Of a stretch of DNA of 64,000 bases, positions 1-12,712 are shown piece by piece; the stretch's first letter is position 1, and every line of letters starts with the position of its first letter. Made by a program: the position numbers and the translations under genes. This stretch comes from Macrostomum lignano (taxonomy: Eukaryota): contig NIVC01003542.1 in NCBI GenBank assembly GCA_002269645.1, forward strand, positions 1 through 64,000. Direction: 5' to 3'. The notes beneath the pieces were generated by a model that saw only the letters and a list, made by a program, of their open reading frames with translations, was not told the DNA's origin and made no database searches.

Positions 1-39
1 AGAATTAGACAAAATTTCTACATGTTGTCTTTGAATGAT

Positions 40-1300
40 GGGTTATAATAACATAAAAACTTGGTCTTCTTGTAAGAAAAAGTCCAATTTTTGGAAAATC
101 AAGGCTTCTTGTAAGATCGAGGGATGCAGACGACGGTATGAATTTGCCATGAAGAATCGCTGACGGGTGACTCTGAATGGAAATTTTTAGTCCAAGTTTC
201 AGGAAAGTTTTGCACCAAATGTCACCACGTAGCTCTTTTTGAAGGACTACTGAAGAAGAAAAACAAGAGTTTATAGAAGCCATTTCAATTCATGGCTCAA
301 GGGATATCTATCAAATGAATTTACTTGCAATGGGAAACCGCCGACACATGTGTTCAAGAAATTTTGACAAAATTAAATCATTAAATGTAATGAAGAATAT
401 AAATGCACAAATTGTGTTGTTACATATGGAAACTAATCAATAACAACTCCGTTGATAGCAACCAAGGTTTTTGTGCCATTTGTCAAGCAGAAGAGCCACC
501 AAAAGCAGACAGTGCGCAGCAACAATTGATTGGGTGAGTTGTAAAATTCTTGTACGTATAAATACCTCTGTGCCAAATATCAATAGACATATACGTCACT
601 TTACCTTTACTTCTTGTATATGCATTATGGAGATAGGAACATCAGTTTTCTCAAATAGTTCTTGAGCATAAAGCCTTGAGTCTAGTTTGAGTTATGATAA
701 TCGCTTAGTGTCTGGGTGAAGTCCTGCATGTCAATTTTCAACAACAAAGAGCAAGCAGAAATACTCAAAATCAAATATCAATTGATTAAACTGTGGATAT
801 AGGGAAGCACAATTTTGGCAAATTGTAAAAAATTCTTTCAATCTGTAGCCGTAACTTTCTTTTAAACTGGTTTATCTTGTGGGTGATGTTTTTTCTGTAA
901 AAAAATCATGGCGTTTGATACTTTAAAAGCAGAGATTTTTGTTAATTCTGAGTATTGATATTAAATATTGCTTGGGGAATCCCTGCATCCCAAAAATGTT
1001 CCCGCTTGCATGGTGCATCGGGGAGACTATGGTGTTTGATGGTTGTAATTACACATTTACATGTACATTATACCCCACTCCCAAATTGTATATATACACT
1101 AGAGAATTCTGGCTATAATGGACATGAAAAATTGTTGGCATAAAGTATTTGGTGTATAGAACAATCTGCCAGAACAGAGCTGGTGTATGGCGTAGATTTT
1201 GGTGTATGTATGAAAGACCCAAAATGTCATAATGCAAGAAAGGGTCCTATATAGTTGCGATGCAAAAAAGGTTTTTTATTGTTGCAATGCAAAAAAGGTC
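40..1300 (+). pseudogene. Highly decayed ORF, possibly a NOF-FB/MULE-type transposase remnant
   Basis: Protein-like segments interrupted by stops and frameshifts (FWKIKASCKIEGCRRRYEF...; RTTEEEKQEFIEAISIHGSRDIYQMNLL...KSLNVMKNINAQ). They resemble, from memory only, the N-terminal region of NOF-FB-like proteins. No TIR was found. Confidence 0.25.
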
Positions 1301-1999
1301 CTTGATTAGGCCTATTGCAATGGCTTTTTGATACTTTCTGGTGTATAATATATATAATCATCTGCTATTGATGATTTAATCTAGTAGGCTAGGCTCATTG
1401 TCAATGACAATAGTTTTGATTACATAAAATAGCCATAATAAAGCAAGATGCAATCAGACAATCTTGTATAGAACATAGAAGAAGAATGTCTATAAATGGT
1501 CAAAAAGACAAAGATAAACAAATAAACAAGAAATTTAAATAGTCGTGCGTTTACATTCGCAACACTGAGTTTTTTAATGTAAACAGTGTTTTGAGCATAT
1601 CAGTTAGAGCCACGGATCGAGCTGGCTTTCCACGAAATTTTACGCTGCGTTGTACAAATTTAAATTTCGTGATTAATATGTTGCAGTTGAAAATATCAAC
1701 CCGGAAAAACTGTAAATCGGGGTTCTTTTTGTAAAATGGATATTTAAATCGGCTAAAAACTTGTCATAATGGTTAAATTTTCTCTATAATTTTTTACGTC
1801 GTACAGTTTCTACATCCAAAAGATAGAAGTAAAAGGCTCTTCATATTGCTTGTTCTGGTTCTAGAACCAGAACCAATTTGTAAAGTATAACTTTTTGTCT
1901 CCTAAACTAGAGAGATATTAGTGCTTTAAAATTGTGATCATTGAATGGCAATATTCTGGATCGATCGCCGTGAAGAGGCTCTAAGTCTTTATAGCCTAT

Positions 2000-2258
2000 G
2001 GGCCTTTTCATATTGCTTGCTCTGGTTCCAGAACCAGAACCAATTTGTGAAGTATAACTTTTTGTCTCCATAACTAGAGGGAGATACGTGCTATAAAGTT
2101 TTTATTATTGAATGACAATCGCCAAGAAGAAAGTGAAAAATTGTGCTAAGTTAGGTTGTCAAGGCAGTCAAATATTAACAGAGTTTAATAGTTATACTGC
2201 TGTTTTTCTTGGAATTCCGAACGATTCTGGTTCTGGAATTGGTAATATGAAAAGGCCC
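2000..2258. mobile_element. MITE (PIF/Harbinger Tourist-like), 259 bp
   Basis: 15-bp TIRs GGGCCTTTTCATATT / AATATGAAAAGGCCC, both flanked by TAT (3-bp direct repeat at 1997-1999 and 2259-2261). A truncated diverged copy of the left part lies at ~1835-1950. Confidence 0.6.
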
Positions 2259-3099
2259 TATGATGACGAAATACTTTTCTAGAAATAGGTCGACGGCCAA
2301 CCTACACTACATTGTTATCAGCGAAACTATTAGGCCCCTAGGCTAGGCATAGGCCCCGCCCTAGCCAATCTCTCCGTAGGCTTACGGTTACGGCCTTATA
2401 GTCAGCCTGTCAGTATGCCCTAATACTCGTAGAGCTGAGAACTAAAGTCCAATTTCCGGATGCGATTTGGAAAGTTGCGATAGGCCTATTAGGCCTATAT
2501 AACATCCCGGCCTGGGCCTATTGCCTTGGAGTTGGCATTGCTAAAAAGCTTGCCTATTTCTTTTTCGCTGGTGCTAGGATGCAAAATTGCATTCAAGGTC
2601 TAATTTGAGGATGCAATTTTGACAGTCAGGACTCAGGATCAGGATGGAATATAGCATCCTTATTGCATTGCATAAAAAATAAATCTAGGCCTAATCTAAA
2701 CTATTATGACTTATGTCATGACGATTCTTTTAGCCTAAGTATTTTACTGACTTCCTAATATTAAAAATCCAGAAAATTTGCAGTTTTCCCATATAAGTTT
2801 TGATGTTGACTTGGCAGTATTGTAGGAGTTCACTTGCAACATACATACAGACAGACAAACAACATGTCAGTTTTAGTATTAGGAAGGATTTTTGGATTTT
2901 TGGATATAGCAGCTATATCCTTAGTATCATACTTAGGGATATAGCAGATATAGCCTTCTAAGAAAGAGCACTTTTCATATGATTTATAGGCAATTTCTAT
3001 TTTATTGAAGATTCATATACTAAAAACTTATTTCATAAAAGCCATTTGCTGAACTTTTAAAAGTAGTATAATAAACCTTTGCATATCGTTCCAATATTA

Positions 3100-4406
3100 C
3101 AAGAGTCACTCAGAAAGTCTTTAGCCTAAGTAGGATAGGATCCACAAGACATAGAAGCATGAAATTTTTCTATGGTAAAGACTAACTTTTAAAAGTATCG
3201 CAGCAAAATTTTCAAATAGAAGCAGCCACTTTTAAGTCCACTGCAGCGAGTTAAAGTCAGTTCACCCCTGAGTTCTTCAATTCAACAATGAAGCTAGAAA
3301 ATTGCAACTTCAGAGCAATGATGTACTTGCACTTTAAGCAAGGCAATTTGCTGGCAGATTCGTATCAAACTTTACAGAATGTTTTCATCTATCTAATGTC
3401 CTTCATACGCAACTGTCAAAAACTGGTTTGCTGAGTTTCGCCGAGGTCATGAAAGCCTCGAAGATGAACATCAATCTGGGAGACCCTGTGACACAGTGAC
3501 TCCAGAAAATATCTGCACTATGTCCAGCATGATTGCCGCAACCGGCGAGTGACCTACCAGCAGATCCAGCAGGAGATTGGATCGGGGAGTGTGCATGCTA
3601 TTCTGCATTAACACCTTGGAATGCAGAAGCTGGCTTCCTGGTGGATCCCCCATCAGCTGTCTGACGTGCAGAAGGACACCAGGGTGGCTTGGTGCCAATT
3701 CATGCTGCAGAAATTCAAATCTAGGACAGCTGGTGTATCTGGGACATCCACACGGGCGATTAGACCTGGATTTATCAATACAACCCCGAAAGCAAGTGCC
3801 AGTCAGCCATGTGGACCTTTGGAGATGAGGACAGCCCCACCAAGTTTTGACGCAGCTGGAGTGTTGGCAAGCAGATGGTGGCCTGTTTCTTCATGCGCAC
3901 TGGGCATGTGGCTTCTGTTTCACTTGAAGATCGCCAGACAGTCACTGCTGACTGGTACACAACAGTTTGCCTACCCAAAGTCTTTTCTGCTATGAGCCAG
4001 AGGCGCCCAAGGTGCGGAATGCGCGGGGTGCTTCTGCACCATGACAACGCCAGTGTGCACATGGCGGCTCAAACTCTCGAGTTTCTGGCTGACTGTGGGG
4101 TCCAGCTGATGACTCACCCTGCGTACAGTCCAGACCTGGCACCGTGCAACTTTTTTCTGTTTCCAAAGTGCAAGGAGATTCTGAAGGGCCAGGTCTTTTC
4201 TTCACCGGAAGAAGCTGTAAATGAATTCAAAAACATCATCGAGGAGTTCTGGGATGAGGATTGGCAGCATTGCTTCAACAGCTGGTTTCACAGGATGCAA
4301 GCCTGTATCAATGCCGGTGGAGAGTATTTTGAGCACTTGTAGTCGTTTTTTAGTTCATTTGTTGCTGTCTTCTTGTTCAGGCTAAGAACTTTCTGAGTGA
4401 CCCTAG
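3100..4406 (+). mobile_element. Mariner (Tc1/mariner) DNA transposon, full length ~1.3 kb, defective
   Basis: Imperfect 28-bp TIRs (CAAGAGTCACTCAGAAAGTCTTTAGCCT vs reverse complement CTAGGGTCACTCAGAAAGTTCTTAGCCT, 24/28) with TA at 3098-3099 and 4407-4408. Encloses a transposase remnant. Confidence 0.93.
3288..4342 (+). pseudogene. Mariner transposase pseudogene
   Basis: Starts MKLENCNFRAMMY at 3288. Contains WIPHQL (WVPHEL motif), TGD*TW, HHDNAS and HPAYSPDLAPCNFFLF (third catalytic D replaced by N). Several stops and frameshifts upstream of the 3875-4342 ORF. Confidence 0.9.
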
Positions 4407-4780
4407 TATACAATTATGATATAATTGTTTATGTACAATGTACCAAAGTAGATTAAACCTGTAGTCTCTAACATTCTAGTAATAACAATAGGCCCCACAA
4501 CTAGGTACCAAAATGACTTGACATAACAAAATGGCTAGCACCAGTGTCTAATTTCTAATGTCCACTATTTGCTATCTTATGCATCAATTAGCAATGATAT
4601 ATAGTTATTATATTCTATTATGTTTTGTCATAGTGTCTTTACCCATCCTTGAATGCTATGCATATTTCATATATAGGATATCCTGTTTTGCTTTGCTTTT
4701 GGACATTGTACAATTCTTTGTCATTGCAAAACCTTTTTGTTCCTGATTTCAGAGCCACCTTTATTATTCACACTAAAGTC

Positions 4781-5382
4781 ATGCAACCTTTAAAGTTTAA
4801 TAAAGTTTACCATCAACTGATGCAGCAGCTGTTTCCATGGCAACAGCATTATGCCCGTCAGCTGGCCACTGCTTGCAGCAGCAGCAGCAGCAATAGTAGC
4901 ACCTTCCGCTTTGCCGATTTAGAAACTGAGCTAACCAAGGAGCCGCAAACCCGACCATCCTCAGTTGACAGCCTGGTGTTCGGCACCCAGTTCTCTGACC
5001 ACATGCTGGTCGCGCGTCACACAGGACCAACTGGCTGGTCGCGGCCTCGCATCGAACCAATCCGCTGCCTGCCGCTGCACCCAGCTACAAAGGCGCTGCA
5101 CTACGCCCTGGAATGCTTTGAAGGTTTGAAAGCCTACTGGGGTGTGGACGGTCGGGTGCGACTATTCCGGCCGCTGGAGAACATGAAGAGACTGCGGGCT
5201 AGTGCGGAACGGGCCACCCTGGCCAGCTTTGATCCGGGCGAACTGCTCGACTGTTTGCGTCAGCTGGTGCGCACCGACCTGGCTTGGGTGCCGCGCTCTC
5301 AGGAAGGCGCACTGTACATCCGGCCTGCTATGATAGCGTCGGAGCCGCGAATTGCCATTGGCCCGGCTGAGGAGACCACGCT
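4781..5382 (+). CDS. BCAT: Branched-chain amino acid aminotransferase, coding exon 1 (probable mitochondrial presequence)
   Basis: LVFGTQFSDHML, LHYALECFEGLKAY and LYIRP motifs. Upstream acceptor tttcag at 4752; donor ct|GTACGT at 5383. The start codon choice (ATG 4781) is inferred. Confidence 0.92.
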
Positions 5383-5467
5383 GTACGTGTTTTTTATCGG
5401 GGGATATTTCGTACGAGACGTACATTTGCTTCTTAATATCATAAGTCTAAAAATTATGATAACAAAC

Positions 5468-6006
5468 AAATTGCAACAAATAGGAATCTTCACAAACTAG
5501 TCATCAATTGCAACAAATAAGAATCTTCACAAACTAGTCATCAGTTGCAACAAATAGGAATCTTCACAAACTAGTCATCAATTGCAACAAATAAGAATCT
5601 TCACAAACTAGTCATCAATTGCAACAAATAGGAATCTTCACAAACTAGTCATCAATTGCAACAAATAGGAATCTTCACAAACTAGTCATCAATTGCAACA
5701 AATAAGAATCTTCACAAACTAGTCATCAATTGCAACAAATAAGAATCTTCACAAACTAGTCATCAATTGCAACAAATAGGAATCTTCACAAACTAGTCAT
5801 CAATTGCAACAAATAGGAATCTTCACAAACTAGTCATCAATTGCAAAAAAATATGAATCTTCACAAACTAGTCATCAATTGCAACAAATAGGAATCTTCA
5901 CAAACTAGTCATCAATTGCAACAAATAGGAATCTTCACAAACTAGTCATCAATTGCAACAAATAAGAATCTTCACAAACTAGTCATCAATTGCAACAAAT
6001 AAGAAT
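5468..6006. repeat. Intronic minisatellite, 37-bp unit
   Basis: ACAAACTAGTCATCAATTGCAACAAATAGGAATCTTC repeated ~14-15 times in the BCAT intron. Confidence 0.95.
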
Positions 6007-6024
6007 AAGAAACTGGTAAGCTCA

Positions 6025-6545
6025 AAAACTAGAAAGTTCACAAGCTAAAAGGTTCACCAACTAGTAAGTTCACAAGCTAGAAAGTTCATAAACTAGAAAG
6101 TTCACTAACTAGTAAGCTCACAAACTAGAAAGTTCACTAACTAGTAAGCTCACAAACTAGAAAGTTCACAAACTAGTAAGCTCACAAACTAGAAAGTTCA
6201 CAAACTAGTAAGCTCACAAACTAGAAAGTTCACAAACTAGTAAGCTCACAAACTAGAAAGTTCACAAACTAGTAAGCTCACAAACTAGAAAGTTCACAAA
6301 CTAGTAAGCTCACAAACTAGAAAGTTCACAAACTAGTAAGCTCACAAACTAGAAAGTTCACAAACTAGTAAGCTCACAAACTAGAAAGTTCACAAACTAG
6401 TAAGCTCACAAACTAGAAAGTTCACAAACTAGTAAGCTCACAAACTAGAAAGTTCACAAACTAGTAAGCTCACAAACTAGAAAGTTCACAAACTAGAAAG
6501 TTCACAAACTAGTAAGCTCACAAACTAGAAAGTTCACAAACTAGT
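6025..6545. repeat. Intronic minisatellite, 32-bp unit (dimer of 16-mers)
   Basis: CAAACTAGAAAGTTCA-CAAACTAGTAAGCTCA tandem copies. Confidence 0.95.
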
Positions 6546-6761
6546 ATTTTTACCGAGTAAAAACTAGGCTTCAAAAAACAGGAAATCTCTCGTTTTTTAA
6601 AGTGAACCCTGCTTAAAGTAGCCTTACTCTTGGTTATAATAAAATAAACAAGTTATGATGAGGAAAAAGTCTCAAAACGGTTGCTGAGGCTGAGACAAAA
6701 ATACTATTATACGCTACTTAAAGTAGCAACTCTGAAAGGTCTACACCGGTTTTTGTTTCAG

Positions 6762-7380
6762 ATTTATCATCACCGGTCCGGTTGGGCCCTACTATCCGAC
6801 AGGGTTCAAACCGGTGACCCTGCTAGCTGATCCGGAATTCGCCCGGGCCTGGCCTGGCGGCGCTGGCAGAAGCAAGATGGGCTCGAACTACGGACCGACG
6901 TGTCGGATCCAGTTGCTAGCCGCTGAGCAGGGCTGCCAGCAGGTCCTGTGGCTGTTCGGGCCCGAGCACCGGATCACGGAGGTTGGCACTATGAATGTGT
7001 TCCTGTTCTGGCGCTGTCCGAGCTCTGGCCGGCCGCAGCTGGTCACCCCAGCGCTCACTGAAGATCTCATTCTGCCCGGCATCACCCGGTCGAGCGTGCT
7101 AGAGCTGGCCCGCCAATGGGGAGACTGGGAAGTTATTGAGCGAAATGTCACTATGCCGGAGGTGGCGGACGCCATTCAATCTGGCCGCCTGTTGGAGATG
7201 TTCGGCTGCGGCACCGCCTGCGTGGTGAATCCGGTTGGTGCCATCCGCTATCAGGGCCAGCTGCTCCAGGTGCCAACTATGAGCGAAGGCGCCCCCGTTA
7301 CTATGCGATTCTTCAAGGCGCTCACGGATATTCAATACGGCCGGATTCCGCAGCATCCCTGGGCTGATATTGTTGCTTAG
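6762..7380 (+). CDS. BCAT: Branched-chain amino acid aminotransferase, coding exon 2
   Basis: Acceptor tttgtttcag|A is in phase with exon 1 (602+619 nt = 406 aa + stop). Contains PVGPYY, the PLP lysine motif AWPGGAGRSKMGSNYG, TEVGTMN, ILPGITR and FGCGTACVV. Confidence 0.95.
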
Positions 7381-7453
7381 GTTCGCTTGCCGTGACACTT
7401 AGCAAGATTGTGCGAATTTCACTTCAAGGCAAGGAAGCAAGGACCGTTAGAAT

Positions 7454-8218
7454 GCATCTCAGCAATTCCCTACATGAGCCTTGACATCTCAGCAATTCCC
7501 TTCGTGAGCCTTGACATCTCAGCAATTCCCTCCGTAAGCCTTGACATCTCAGCAATTCCCCATATGAGCCTTGACATCTCAGCAATTCCCTCCATAAGCC
7601 TTGACATCTCAGCAATTCCCCATATGAGCCTTGACATCTCAGCAATTCCCCAAATGAGCCTTGACATCTCAGCAATTCCCCATATGAGCCTTGACATCTC
7701 AGCAATTCCCCAAATGAGCTTTGACATCTCAGCAATTCCCCAAATGAGCCTTGACATCTCAGCAATTCCCCATATGAGCCTTGACATCTCAGCAATTCCC
7801 CAAATGAGCTTTGACATCTCAGCAATTCCCCAAATGAGCCTTGACATCTCAGCAATTCCCCAAATTAGCCTTGACATCTCAGCAATTCCCCAAATGAGCC
7901 TTGACATCTCAGCAATTCCCCATATGAGCCTTGACATCTCAGCAATTCCCCATATGAGCCTTGACATCTCAGCAATTCCCCAAATGAGCCTTGACATCTC
8001 AGCAATTCCCCATATGAGCCTTGACATCTCAGCAATTCCCCATATGAGCCTTGACATCTCAGCAATTCCCCATATGAGCCTTGACATCTCAGCAATTCCC
8101 CATATGAGCCTTGACATCTCAGCAATTCCCCATATGAGCCTTGACATCTCAGCAATTCCCCAAATGAGTCTTGACATCTCAGCAATTCCCCAAATGAGTC
8201 TTGACATCTCAGCAATTT
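7454..8218. repeat. Minisatellite, 30-bp unit
   Basis: GACATCTCAGCAATTCCCCATATGAGCCTT x ~25; same family as 60932-61818. Confidence 0.95.
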
Positions 8219-10477
8219 TCCTATGAGGCTTTTTATGGTTGACAGGTCAGTTCTTTTATTGTTGAAGCCTTAATCTCACAAAACTGTTAATATCTTACCT
8301 TCAGGACTTCTGATATGGTGTGTTCGAGCGGAGGTGTATTTATAAGTTTTATTTTTTAAAACCTGTTGAAATTAGAAAAAAGCGACAGTATGGTGTGTAC
8401 TCTGAACAGTTTTTTGCGGAATGCATTGCATCAAATAGGGTTTCACTATAGACGAACTAAAAAGAAGAAAACTTCATCTAGAAGAATATACATTAAAGAG
8501 ATAGGAGAAACGATAACCTATCTTAGTTTCCTTGACCTTGTACTTTAGCTGCCCAAATTTCAAGCATTACGCTTGACACTATGCTCGTATCTGAGACTAT
8601 TTGGTTGTGTTTGTTTTAGCAAAAAAGCTTTTTTATTGCCGTGCTCTGTTTGTTAGCTACTACTGATATTAGTCCTTGAGTGCTTTTTGTTTGTTTTGTC
8701 TAATTTTTTATGTTTTTAGCCTTAATGCTACATCTACTACTCATTAAATAAAATAACTGCGTTTTTCTATCCTTTTTAGCTGGTTCTTGGGCATTCCAAG
8801 TCTTTAATTGACATTAAGATAGCTTAATAAAGTATTGTATAGTAACAAGATTAAGTTTATTCTCCGTTTTCTGTGTAGAAAGTTATTTTTTATCTGCTCA
8901 AATTTTCAATCGACTTTCAAACCTACCGATAACAGATGAATCTTTCATTTAATTAAGAAATCTCGTTCCTTTTTTACTTGCGTTTTTATAATTTTATTTG
9001 TTTCTTATTAAGATCGTGCAATTTGATTGTGTTTTATTGTATTTCTATGCATAGTTTAGTAAACTAATGATAGATGACTGCTACTTAGTTATAAGTCTTT
9101 GTGCTAGAAATTTTGTCCTTTTTTCTAAATTGTTCTCAAAGCCAGCTATTAAATGTGTGCCAGTGCCGTATTTTTATTCCATTTTAGTTTTTTGTGTTTA
9201 GTTACTAATTAAATATACTAGTACATGTATATCATGTTGATTGGAGTGTGTAACATTTAGTTACGAGTGTATACACCACTGAACGTTTTTGTTCATACAA
9301 ATCAACTTGAGATTTCGTCGCTTTTTAATTACTAAATAGTGGACATCAGGACTACAAACTGTAGTCTGCTCCTTATCACTTTTGCCATCTCTTCTGATAA
9401 CTTTTGTAGATGAAGAGTGGACTGTTCAAAATCTGGGATGAAATTGAATATATATTCTATAAATAAATAATAATAATAATTTTCTAAATGAAAATGTTCA
9501 CGAATATCAATAGAGCTGAGCTATAAGAAAGGCAAGACAAAAAACTTGAACATTGGATCTGCCTCTCGTCAAAAGCAATATCAATTTTTGTGCTGATGAA
9601 ATGAAAACCTATCTCTGTAATGTAACTTTTAGATAAAACCTGCCTCTTTAAATTTTCCAAGAAACACAGTGTCCCGTCGCGTCCTACTTGAGTAATGATT
9701 AGTCTTTATATACAGGAATATTCACATCGTATTTTAACAAGCAGTTAAAAACGAGATCATTAAAATCAACGGTGTTAAAAAATACATCATTTATAACTAA
9801 GTAGCTGTACAAAACAAAAGTTTTCAAAAATGTTTTTTGTTAACTTCAAGAATTTTTTTTAATTATAAAAACACAATGCTTAGTTTCCTAACTTTGTAAT
9901 AGAGAATCTTTTTATAGCGGTAAAGGCAATATTTAACATGAAATTCTGCTTCATTTTTTTGTCGTCGTCGTAACTACACAGTCGCAGTTGTCTTCCTTGT
10001 TTTTTTGTAATTGTCGAGTAAACTTAACATTTAGTACTACCAGTCCTACTTTGTTAAATATTGACAGATTAATTTATGTTCAAAGTGCAGGAATTTTTCA
10101 TCGAAAATTAATGCGTTTTGATGATGACATAAAAATAAAATACTCTAATTTTAATTAATAATTTCTATATTTCATGATCATCTAATTGTAAGCCTCTCTT
10201 CAGAATGCTTAGAAAATATAAGCACACCGAAATGGACAGAAAAATTGGTTGCGTTGTATCTTGTAGCTGTCTTACTTTTTGTGAATTTAATAATTCAAAA
10301 CCTAGCCTAGCCCCATCAATAAACTAACCAATGCAAGCTCTGCTGGTACAAATTTCTGAAATTTCAGTACAAAGTTGGTTTTGACTAGATCACTTCATGT
10401 ATTATTTTGTTTTATTTAAATATCAGATATTGATAGTTTCTTTACAAAAACTGTCAGTTACTGAGTTACTGAACTTT

Positions 10478-10510
<33 letters not shown>

Positions 10511-10723
10511 ATTTAATTTTAATATATAGAGGTATCAAGAATATATGGGATTTCCTATAAAAGAGAAATTATTATTATCTTTATTCCACAATTTAAGATC
10601 CAAATAATTTTTTAATGGTCTTAATGAAATGCATGAGAAACAAAGAAAATCTATGACTTCACGGCCATGCTGATTTAGGCCTAGCTCACTGAAATTTCCA
10701 AGTGTGGCCACACTGTGCAAGCT

Positions 10724-10924
10724 ATGGATGATTTATCGCCCGACTCTGACTCAAACCAGTACGATTCAGAGCCCAGCTCCTACCCGCCGCCACAGTCCGT
10801 TGGCGGGCAGCTGTCTATGCTTAATACAGCGCTAGTGGACACCAACAGGAATTTGAGGTCTATCGATAAACTCATGGCATTGTACAGAAATACCACTGAT
10901 CGGCAGGCTGCAGATATGAATCGG
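10724..10924 (+). CDS. CEP128: CEP128-like centriolar coiled-coil protein, exon 1
   Basis: LNTALVDTNRNLRSIDKLMALYRNTTDRQAADMNR matches the recalled CEP128 N-terminal motif (TLQDTSRNLRQVDQMLGRYRE..GQAGAIEHLKESL). Donor cgg|GTGAGG. Confidence 0.8.
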
Positions 10925-11265
10925 GTGAGGCGAGCATTATACTCTTAACTTATCAAGCACCAAATTTAGTAATAAAAATTGTCTGCCTCAGTAGCTTTCT
11001 ACACTTTTTTTAAAAAACAAAGCATCCTGTCCTACATATAGAAATCCGAGTCGAAAATCTAAAAACGCCATTGTAGCCGATTCACTAATCGTACATTTTA
11101 CTTTTAGTAGAGTAGAGTGTTTTGAAAATGTTTCGTTGCTTATTATTTTCATGTTGCAGAAATAACCTAGATAGCTCCATAGCAATAAGTGATCTTTGTA
11201 GCTTGTAGCACAACACATTCCCTAGCAAGTGATAACCATCCGTCATGTTTCTTCTCGTTTAAAAG

Positions 11266-12149
11266 CTCAAGGAGGACCTGCACCGAGTCACCAGCGAGGT
11301 CCGACTGGCCAGTCGTCTCGGCCAGCAGACGCCCTACGCGTCCAGCCCGAACGTCGCGACAGCGGCGGCGGCCTCGTCTGCCATGGATCCGGGCAGCCAC
11401 ATGCGCCGCGCCTCCTCTGTTCGGTTTCTGAACGGCGCCGGGGCGGGCGGCGCTGGCAGTACCGAGGAGCTTCATGAGGTGCACCAGCGGCTGCGCGACC
11501 TCGGCACCGAGCAGAGCCGACTGCGCGAGGAGCTCCGCTTGAAACCGTCGCCAGATGAGGCCCGCCTGCTCCGCGAGGAGCTCGACCGGGTACGCGCCGC
11601 TGAACGAGCGCCGAGCCGCGCGCCACCTCCCGGGAGGTGCAGCAGCGCTTGGCGGAGGCCAGCGAGGAGCTTCGCCAGGAACGGCATCGTCTTGGAGGCG
11701 GCGGTGGCAGCGGCGGTGAAGAAACCTCCGCGGCGGCGTTCGGCCGCCATGGTGGCGGCACCGGCCTGCGCCTGTCGGAGTCGCTGCGCGCCGCGCTGCA
11801 CGACCTGACCCAGCGGCGCCACGGGTCCGCCACGCCGCCACCGCTGCCAACAACTCCAGGCGGGCCGCCGATGCCGCCGCCCCGCCGCCGGGCCTCTCGC
11901 CGGAGGAGGTCCTATTCCGCTCCAGGGTCGACGAGTTGGAAGCGGCGAAGTCGTCGGCCGAGGAGGAGCTAGAGGCGGCGCGAAACCGGGTGCGGGAGGC
12001 GGAGGGCGCCAGGAACTGTCTGTCGAACGAGCTGGAGGAGTACAAGGCGCTGTTCTGCCGCGTCGAGTCGGAACGGCGCGCTTTGGAGACGCGAATTCAG
12101 GAGCTGTGCCAGGAGTTCGAGTCCAAGGAGAAAGCGCTGCGCGCTCAGG
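11266..12149 (+). CDS. CEP128: CEP128-like, exon 2 (two apparent -1 frameshifts near 11610-11630 and 11880)
   Basis: Acceptor aaaag|CTC gives LKEDLHRV...RRASSVRFL...LHEVHQRLRDLGTEQSRL (cf. CEP128 TGVRFV..LHGFHQSLRDLSSEQIRL). The coding phase passes through ORFs 11383, 11637 and 11936. Donor g|GTGAGG. Confidence 0.8.
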
Positions 12150-12235
12150 GTGAGGGCTGAGTTTGGGGATCCATTGCCCTTACCTGGCCACTCAGTCTGG
12201 TTCTAAATTAAATTTGAAATTTCGGCGCGTGCATT

Positions 12236-12712
12236 TCCAGATCCTTAGGCTAAACAGCCAGTCTTCCAGATCCTCAGTCTAAGCAGTCAGCTTCCCAGAT
12301 CCTCAGGCTGAGCAGCCAGCCCCCCAGATCCTCAGACTAAGCAGTCAGCCTCCCAGATCCTCAGGCTGAGCAGTCAGCCTCCCAGATCCTCAGGCTGAGC
12401 AGCCAGCCCCCCAGATCCTCGGGCTGAACAGCCAGCCTCCCAGATCCTCAGACTAAGCAGTCAGCCTCCCAGATCCTCAGGCTGAGCAGTCAGCCTCCCA
12501 GATTCTCAGGCTTAGCAGCCAGCCCCCCAGATCCTCAGACTGAGCAGCCAGCCTCCCAGATCCTCAGGCTGAGCAGCCAGCCTCCCAGATCCTCAGGCTG
12601 AGCAGCCAGCCTCCCAGATCCTCAGGCTGAGCAGCCAGCCTCCCAGATCCTCAGGCTGAGCAGCCAGCCCCCCAGATCCTCGGGCTGAACAGCCAGCCTC
12701 CCAGATCCTCAA
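12236..12712. repeat. Intronic minisatellite, 29-bp unit
   Basis: CCCAGATCCTCAGGCTGAGCAGCCAGCCT tandem in CEP128 intron 2. Confidence 0.93.

Noticed and set aside
4649-4780. N-terminal extension of BCAT from the ORF track start
   Set aside because: It lies upstream of a good acceptor at 4752 and is AT-rich; ATG 4781 gives a normal 406-aa protein.
7408-8226. Long ORFs with periodic peptides (also 14555-15758, 16288-16860, 30962-31673, 34131-35426, 36076-36561, 51562-52215, 57588-58038, 59650-60516, 60899-61872)
   Set aside because: These are stop-free translations of tandem repeats lying in introns or intergenic DNA; there is no coding evidence.
11167-12045. Minus-strand ORFs over GC-rich exons (also 4797-5060, 7099-7398, 12788-13234, 17042-17617, 45126-45596)
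   Set aside because: Antisense shadows of real + strand exons.
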